Assembly (NCBI GenBank): GCA_034722055.1
Contig: JAYENL010000068.1
Coordinates: forward strand, 1 to 12,777
Direction of reading: 5' to 3'
DNA: 12,777 bases
From: Armatimonadota bacterium
GTDB lineage: Bacteria; Armatimonadota; Zipacnadia; Zipacnadales; UBA5352
The position numbers were made by a program, and so were the translations under genes. The notes beneath the pieces were generated by a model, which saw only the letters and a program-made list of their open reading frames with translations, was not told the origin of the DNA and did not search any database. Within the stretch, counting starts at the first letter, position 1; every line of letters starts with the position of its first letter. Shown one piece after another: positions 7,255 to 12,777 of this stretch.

Positions 7255-8691
7255 GTGCTCTACCACCCGGCCATCGGCGACATCAGGGCCCAGGTGCCCC
7301 GTATCGGCCTCATCGCCGCCATGGTGGCGGCGGCATTCACGCTGCTGTCGATCGCCGGCCAGCGCGCCGAGCTGCCCTCCGAGCGCTGGTACCGCGTCTC
7401 CCGCCAGCAGGTCATGCAGGCGGACCTGGCCTGGCACCTCGGCGAGTCCCTCGAGCGCGTGCTACGGCGGGCGGCCCTCACCATCGGGGATGCCCCCTGG
7501 CTGCTGAAGGAGCGGGGCGTCGCGGTGTGGGAGCGGCGCGTCCTGCGGGCCCGTCCCAGCCACGCCGCCGCCTACCGCCTGGGCGTCATCTACGGCCACC
7601 GCGGCTATCCGGAGCAGTCCGCCGACATGCTCACGCTGGCCGCCAGCCTTGATGAGGCCAGCGCCGACTTCTACCACGCCCTCGCAGAGGTCTACTCCGA
7701 TCGCGGCCTCTCCGCGGAGCAGCTTCGCGAGAAGGCCCGGATCATCGCCGGCCGCACGGGATGGCTCATTGACATCGTGCTCGCGGACTGCTACCGGAAG
7801 CTCGATGAGGAGGTGGCGCTGCGGGCCGTGCGGGAGAGGCAGTACCGGCGGGCGGCGCGATTCCTCGGCGGATTCGCAGCCATCTCGGCGCTGGGCACCA
7901 TGCTGGTGCTGGTGGGCGTGGGGACGCTGGTGGGCCTGCTGCGCCAGGCCTTGAGCCTTCCGCGACCGCGGGCGCGAGTGCCCTTCATAGTCCCCTGGAC
8001 CGTCATCGACATCGCCGAGGCCGTGGGGGTGCTAGTCTTCGCGATGGCCCTGGGCGGGTGGCTGCTTCCCATCGCCGTGGGTCGGCTGGCCCTCTCGGAG
8101 CAGTCTTCGGTGGTCAGACCACTGGTGCTGATGATGCACTACGTGCTGGTCTCGGGGCTGACCATCGGAGTGATCCTCTACCGCGTGGCCCCGCGCAGCT
8201 CACACCCGCTCCGGAGCCTCGGCTGGCGCTTCCGCAGGGCGCTGTCGCTGGCCGGCACGGGCGTGGCCGGCTACGGCGTCTTCGTGACCGTGATGGTTCT
8301 CGTTGCCCTCGTCGCCAGCTACGTGTTGGGGCAGAGCCTGCCGTTGGCGCAGACGGCGGAGGAGGTCATCGGCTCGGCGCGGAACCCGGCGGAGGTCGCC
8401 ATCTTCTTCGTCCTCGTGTGCATCATGGCGCCGGTCTTCGAGGAGCTGATCTTCAGAGGCTACGTCTACGGGGGCCTCCGCCGAGTGCTGCCCTCGCGCC
8501 ACGCCATCATCATCGGCGGGGCGCTGTTCGCCGCCGTGCACCTCAACGCCGAGGCCTTCGCGATCATCGGGCTCATCGGCGTGCTCCTGTGCTATCTCTA
8601 CGAGCGGACTCGCTCCCTGCTGCCGGGGATGATCGCCCACGGAGTGCACAACGGCATGGTGCTGGCGGTCGTGCTGCTGCAGTCGATGTGA
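7255..8691 (+). CDS. CPBP (type II CAAX protease/Abi) intramembrane glutamic endopeptidase with an N-terminal TPR-like domain
   Basis: All three CPBP motifs are present (FEELIFRG, FAAVH, HGVHN) with multiple TM segments. An N-terminal hydrophobic anchor is followed by TPR-like AAYRLGVIYGHRGYPEQSADMLTLAASLDEASADFYHALAEVY. AAGGAG SD at 7240-7245. Confidence 0.85.
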   Translation: MLYHPAIGDIRAQVPRIGLIAAMVAAAFTLLSIAGQRAELPSERWYRVSRQQVMQADLAWHLGESLERVLRRAALTIGDAPWLLKERGVAVWERRVLRARPSHAAAYRLGVIYGHRGYPEQSADMLTLAASLDEASADFYHALAEVYSDRGLSAEQLREKARIIAGRTGWLIDIVLADCYRKLDEEVALRAVRERQYRRAARFLGGFAAISALGTMLVLVGVGTLVGLLRQALSLPRPRARVPFIVPWTVIDIAEAVGVLVFAMALGGWLLPIAVGRLALSEQSSVVRPLVLMMHYVLVSGLTIGVILYRVAPRSSHPLRSLGWRFRRALSLAGTGVAGYGVFVTVMVLVALVASYVLGQSLPLAQTAEEVIGSARNPAEVAIFFVLVCIMAPVFEELIFRGYVYGGLRRVLPSRHAIIIGGALFAAVHLNAEAFAIIGLIGVLLCYLYERTRSLLPGMIAHGVHNGMVLAVVLLQSM

Positions 8692-8702
8692 GGGCGCCTT
8701 TC

Positions 8703-8984
8703 ATGGCCGGCTCCGGCGTGAATATCCGCCTCAAGGTCATCCCCAACGCTCCGAAGAGTCAGGTCGTGGGCTGGCGTGGCAGGGAGCTGACCGTCAAGGT
8801 CACCGCGCCGCCGGTGGAGGGCCGCGCGAACCGGGAGCTGCTGCGCTTCCTCGCGGAGATTCTCGGCGTCTCGCCGGCCGACATCACCATCCTGCGCGGG
8901 GAGACCTCCCGGCGGAAGACGGTCCAGGTGGCCGGCATCACCGCCGATCAGGCCGGGGAGCGGCTGAGGCCCCACCTGCCCTGA
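8703..8984 (+). CDS. yggU: DUF167/UPF0235 family protein (YggU)
   Basis: C-terminal 93 aa of ORF 8058..8984: KVIPNA, VKVTAPPVEGRANRELLRFLA..LGV and I.RGETSRRK match the family pattern. Usual neighbour of yggT and yggS. Confidence 0.9.
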   Translation: MAGSGVNIRLKVIPNAPKSQVVGWRGRELTVKVTAPPVEGRANRELLRFLAEILGVSPADITILRGETSRRKTVQVAGITADQAGERLRPHLP

Positions 8985-8986
8985 CG

Positions 8987-10045
8987 CTATCCCTCCGGCT
9001 GCCGGACGATCCTGGGAGTCACCGTCATCACCGAGCCGCGCGAGGTGCGCACGCGGCCCTCCGAGGCCGGGAAGCTACGGCTCAGCTCATCCAGCCTGCG
9101 ATCCATGCCCCCGATGACCATGGGCTGTCCGTCGGCGACGCGCACGGTCGTCTCCACCAGCGTCCGGGTGACCACGTCGGCGGCGCCGACCTGCGCCGCC
9201 GGTCCCGCTGCCTCCGAGAGCATCGGCCGCAGGACCATGGTCACCGTGTCGTCCCGGTGCACGGTCGGCAGCACCCAGAGGGTCACGCCCACGAACGCCG
9301 CCTCCGGATAGTACTCCACGTGCCGCCGACCCCAGGGATCGTAGTGGACCGAGCTGGCGATCCACGGTCGCACCTGGCCGGCGGAGATCACCATGGGCGT
9401 GGCGCTCATGCCCGTGACGTTCGCCGCGGTCGTGGCCTGCCGCCGGCGCGTGCCGGCATCGTAGCCCAGGATCGCCTGCAGGCCCTCGAGCGCGTAGCCG
9501 AGCAGCGGCTTCAAGGCCCGGCCGGCCGACGCCTCGCCGCCCCAGCCCCAGGCGCGCAGCGCCGGCTCGATCTGCCGCATGGCCTCCCGGCTGACCTCCT
9601 CCCAGGCCAGCTCCACGTTCACCATCGGCGTGGGGACGTCCAGCATGGCGATGAGCTCGCCGAGCTCGTCGATGGCCTCCGCGGAGCCGCGGGCGATGAG
9701 GGCGTTGCGGTTGGGCGCCGCCACCGGCGGCCCCGCCAGGCCCTCGGGCAGCAGGTGCGAGAGGTCCTGGCCGCCGGATGGAACCGAGCGGCCGCGGCTC
9801 ACGGGGATCGGCTCCATCGTCCCTGACCGACCGCGGGCCTGGTCGGCGGCGTGGCGCACGGCGTCCACGGCGAAGGCCACGGCCTCCTCGCGGAGCACAT
9901 CGGTCGGTTTCGTGTCCGGCCCGGCCAGCGAGGCCGCGAACTGTGCGGCGTCCAGGTGCATCAGATCGATGATCTCGATGCCCTCCGCGGCGGCCGGCGC
10001 CTGCGCGGTCAGCATGATGATGGCGACGATCGCGTGCCTTCTCAC
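8987..10045 (-). CDS. Short secretin-like protein (signal peptide, one N3-like domain, secretin core)
   Basis: GTG 10045 lies 6 nt behind GGAGGTG. Signal peptide MRRHAIVAIIMLTAQAPAAA. N-domain patterns IIDLMHLDAAQFAASL and NRNALIARGSAEAIDELGELIAMLDVPTPMVNVE. Core patterns GVTLWVLPTV, TTVRVADGQPMVIGG and TVTPRIV. Confidence 0.78.
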   Translation of the reverse strand: MRRHAIVAIIMLTAQAPAAAEGIEIIDLMHLDAAQFAASLAGPDTKPTDVLREEAVAFAVDAVRHAADQARGRSGTMEPIPVSRGRSVPSGGQDLSHLLPEGLAGPPVAAPNRNALIARGSAEAIDELGELIAMLDVPTPMVNVELAWEEVSREAMRQIEPALRAWGWGGEASAGRALKPLLGYALEGLQAILGYDAGTRRRQATTAANVTGMSATPMVISAGQVRPWIASSVHYDPWGRRHVEYYPEAAFVGVTLWVLPTVHRDDTVTMVLRPMLSEAAGPAAQVGAADVVTRTLVETTVRVADGQPMVIGGMDRRLDELSRSFPASEGRVRTSRGSVMTVTPRIVRQPEG

Positions 10046-10143
10046 GCCACGCACCTCCACTTGCGATTCGGCCTGCGAACAGGGTTGCAGCCAGCTTCCG
10101 CGAAATGTCCCCACGACCTGCCATGCCCTGTCTCGGAGGCCGA

Positions 10144-12645
10144 ATGATGCTCACGCGACTGATCCTGATGCTGGTGATCCTCAGCGCGACACACCTGGCT
10201 CTGGGCCAGGAGAACCTGCTCGTGAACCCCGGCTTCGAGACCGGCGACAGGTCGCCCGCGGGCTGGACCTTCAACCACCGCGGCACCGACGGAGAGATCG
10301 CCTGGGACGACACCCGGGCCAACTCCGGCGAGCGCTCCGTGCGCCTGACCAACACCGAGGGGCAGACGGGCAATGTCGTGCAGACCGTGCGGATCGACCC
10401 GCCCCTGCCGCCCGGCAGCCGCGTGACCTACTCCGCCCTCTGCGCCACCGAGGAGGCGGACAGCGCGCCGAGCATCATCCTCTACCTCGTGCCCGAGAGC
10501 GGCCCGTACCAGACGGTTGCGGCCCGCGGCCTCGCCGGCTCCCGCGACTTCGCCGAGGTCCGCAGCACCAGCCTCGCCGACCGACCGGTAGCGAGCATCG
10601 TCGTCTACCTGTGTCACTACGGCACCGGGACCGCCTGGTGGGATGACGCCGCGCTGACGGTCGAGCGAGCGGAGCCGGTCACCATCCGCCCCCGACCGCA
10701 GGGCCGTGACCTCCCCGCCCTGTCCACCGATGACGGGCTGTCGCTGGTGATGAATGACGCCGGCGGCGTCTCTCGGGTTCGGGTCGGTGACGCCGACATC
10801 ACCGCGACCGGCCTTCGCTCCGGGCTGTGGGTACAACCATGGCAGGGCGATCTCATTCCCGTGACCGGCGTCGTGGCGCGCGAGGAGAACTGGCTCCATC
10901 AGAGGTGGGAGGACGGGGACCTGGGGTTGCGCTTGGCCGCCCACTGGTCCTCCAGCGAGGATGGCATCATCTGCTTGGCCTCGGTCAGCGACCTCACCGG
11001 CGAGGACCGGGGGGTGGATGTCATCGCGTCGCTGCCGGTGGGCCGGTCCGGCGATCGCTGGGGGCAAAGCATCGTGGAGGATATCCCCATCGGCGAGACG
11101 CCGCTGACGGTCGAGGACCTCACGTTCTCTGCCATCACGGGAGCCGACGGTGGCATGTCGCTGTGTGTCCCCGCGGAGAGCCCGTGCGACTGCCGCTTCG
11201 GCTGGTCGCCGGAGCTGGGCTACTACGTGCGCTTCCGCATCGGCCTGTCGCCGGCGGGGATGGGCACGGGCGGTCTGAGAAGCGAAGGGCCCGTGGAGTT
11301 CGTGATCCAGCGCATCGACCCGGACTGGGGCCTGCGAGACGCCGCCAGGCGCTACCAGCAGTACAATGACTGGGCGTTCGAGAAGCGCGCAGAGCGCGAG
11401 GGGCTGTGGATGTTCGGCACGCCACGGATCGATCTGCCGGACCCCGAGAACTACGCCTTCCACGAGGGCGGCCCCACAGGTTGGGAGTACGACGACGAGC
11501 ACGGCATCGCGACCTGCCCCTACATCATCCCCGGCCAGCGCGAGATCAAGCGGCTCGACAGCCTGCCGGCGAGCGCCGCCGAGGCCCTGGAGATCTTCGA
11601 GACCTGGGAGCCACAGGAGGACGAGCGCGGTCGCGGCTGGGGGCTGATGCAGAAACAGATCATCCGCAACTGCATGCTCCACGACGCTGACGGTGATCCG
11701 GTGGTCGAGATCCGCAACACCGCGTGGGGCGGCAACTCCATCACCTTCCCGCTTAACGCCAACCCCTGGTTGTTCGCCTTTGACGATGACCGGCCGACGA
11801 TCGCCGGCGTGCTCCTCGATGCCGTCCGCGTCCAGCACGACGAGACCCCCGGTCTCGACGGGACCTACGTGGACTCGCTGGGGCACTGGGGGAACTTCGT
11901 CAACTTCCGCCGCGAGCACTTCGCCGCCGAGCGCATCCCGCTCAGCTATGACCCGGCCACCGGCCGCCCGGTCATCAACAACCGCTTCACACTGCTGGAG
12001 TTCCTGTGGGAGCTGGGCACGTACCTGCATGACCGCGGCAAGCTGCTGTTCGCCAACGGCGTGCACCCCAACCGGCGCTTCCACTTCTTCGCGCTGGACG
12101 TCCTCGGCGTCGAGGGCCACGGTCGGCTGGAGCAGAAGCGGACCATGGCGGGGCCGAAGCCCTTCCTGCTGCTGATCTACAACATCCACGAGGACCCGGC
12201 GGAGATGGAGCGGTGGTTCAACATCTGCACGCATTGGGGCATCTACCCGTCGTTCGGCAACATGCGCCTGTTCGATACCCAGGAGAAGTATGCGCCGATC
12301 GCGGAGCTGAATAGCCGCTACGTGCCGACGCTCCGGCGCGTGACGGCCGCCGGCTGGCGGCCGGTCACGCACGCCCGCACCGCACACCCGGAGGTGGCGG
12401 TGGAGCGCTGGGGGCCGGGCGATGACGGGGAGCTGATCCTGACGGTGCTGAGCTCCGCGGAGCAGGACCTGGACTGCGAGCTGCGGGTGGATGCGCCAGC
12501 GCTGGGGCTGCAGGGAGAGACGCTGGTGGCGACCGACCTGCTGGCAGGGGACGGCTTCGAGGGCACCATCGCCGGCGGCGCCACGCGACTGACCGTGCCC
12601 GTCAGTCCCCAGCGCGTGCGCGTGCTCCAGCTTCAGGCGCGGTGA
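10144..12645 (+). CDS. Large secreted protein with an N-terminal CBM4/9-like (galactose-binding-like) domain and a putative glycoside-hydrolase-like barrel
   Basis: GGAGG SD (10135-10139) before ATG 10144/10147. Signal peptide MLTRLILMLVILSATHLALG, then QENLLVNPGFE...GW...SGERSVRL...GTAWWDDAAL (CBM-like), and later DGTYVDS, FANG and DVLGVE. The coding call is firm; the function is tentative. Confidence 0.7.
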   Translation: MMLTRLILMLVILSATHLALGQENLLVNPGFETGDRSPAGWTFNHRGTDGEIAWDDTRANSGERSVRLTNTEGQTGNVVQTVRIDPPLPPGSRVTYSALCATEEADSAPSIILYLVPESGPYQTVAARGLAGSRDFAEVRSTSLADRPVASIVVYLCHYGTGTAWWDDAALTVERAEPVTIRPRPQGRDLPALSTDDGLSLVMNDAGGVSRVRVGDADITATGLRSGLWVQPWQGDLIPVTGVVAREENWLHQRWEDGDLGLRLAAHWSSSEDGIICLASVSDLTGEDRGVDVIASLPVGRSGDRWGQSIVEDIPIGETPLTVEDLTFSAITGADGGMSLCVPAESPCDCRFGWSPELGYYVRFRIGLSPAGMGTGGLRSEGPVEFVIQRIDPDWGLRDAARRYQQYNDWAFEKRAEREGLWMFGTPRIDLPDPENYAFHEGGPTGWEYDDEHGIATCPYIIPGQREIKRLDSLPASAAEALEIFETWEPQEDERGRGWGLMQKQIIRNCMLHDADGDPVVEIRNTAWGGNSITFPLNANPWLFAFDDDRPTIAGVLLDAVRVQHDETPGLDGTYVDSLGHWGNFVNFRREHFAAERIPLSYDPATGRPVINNRFTLLEFLWELGTYLHDRGKLLFANGVHPNRRFHFFALDVLGVEGHGRLEQKRTMAGPKPFLLLIYNIHEDPAEMERWFNICTHWGIYPSFGNMRLFDTQEKYAPIAELNSRYVPTLRRVTAAGWRPVTHARTAHPEVAVERWGPGDDGELILTVLSSAEQDLDCELRVDAPALGLQGETLVATDLLAGDGFEGTIAGGATRLTVPVSPQRVRVLQLQAR

Positions 12646-12718
12646 CCGCCTAGTACTAAGTCGCAGGAGTTCGCGTACCTTCCTATGTCCCGACAAGACG
12701 CGTGCCCGCCATGGAGGG

Positions 12719-12774
12719 GCCGCCGCGAGCGAAGCGAGCGGGGCGCGGTCAGGAGCGGTAGCGACTGACCGCGC
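12719..12774. repeat. Two adjacent hairpins capped by GAGCG(A/GT)AGCGA (REP-like; possible MITE interior or terminator)
   Basis: CCGC-GAGCGAAGCGA-GCGG (12723-12741, extendable with one bulge) and a perfect 10-bp inverted repeat GCGCGGTCAG (12743-12752)/CTGACCGCGC (12765-12774) around GAGCGGTAGCGA. Confidence 0.6.
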
Positions 12775-12777
12775 AGG

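Noticed and set aside
7255..8691. Treating the 'Abi' CPBP gene as a phage abortive-infection system
   Set aside because: The Abi label for this family is historical. The context is housekeeping, with no defence or mobile genes.
8058..8702. Long N-terminal extension of YggU
   Set aside because: It overlaps the CPBP gene in another frame. DUF167 similarity starts at ATG 8703.
10042..12696. 884-aa minus-strand ORF
   Set aside because: Shadow of the plus-strand secreted protein, which has the SD, signal peptide and domain motifs.

Overview
GC-rich bacterial chromosomal window with 14 supportable CDSs. The left part has two divergent Gfo/Idh/MocA oxidoreductases (one truncated by the window edge), a stand-alone receiver domain, a uroporphyrinogen-decarboxylase-family protein and purQ without purS or purL. 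The centre has a near-consensus sigma70 promoter (TTGACA-17-TATACT) driving an apparent 7-gene operon: double zinc-ribbon/hyperacidic disordered protein, yggS, sepF, proC, yggT, a TPR-like/CPBP membrane protease and yggU. This is a variant of the known yggS/sepF/yggT cluster, with no divIVA in the window and two uncharacterised additions. The right part has an orphan, minimal secretin-like gene that seems to lack the usual membrane-anchoring motif, divergent from a large secreted CBM-like/putative glycoside hydrolase gene, followed by a hairpin-rich element running off the window edge. SepF together with a secretin suggests a diderm Terrabacteria lineage such as Armatimonadota (inference). The best novelty candidates are the acidic zinc-ribbon protein and protease inside the sepF operon, the minimal secretin, and a structured leader before purQ. 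All calls rest on visual motif recognition; no searches were run.
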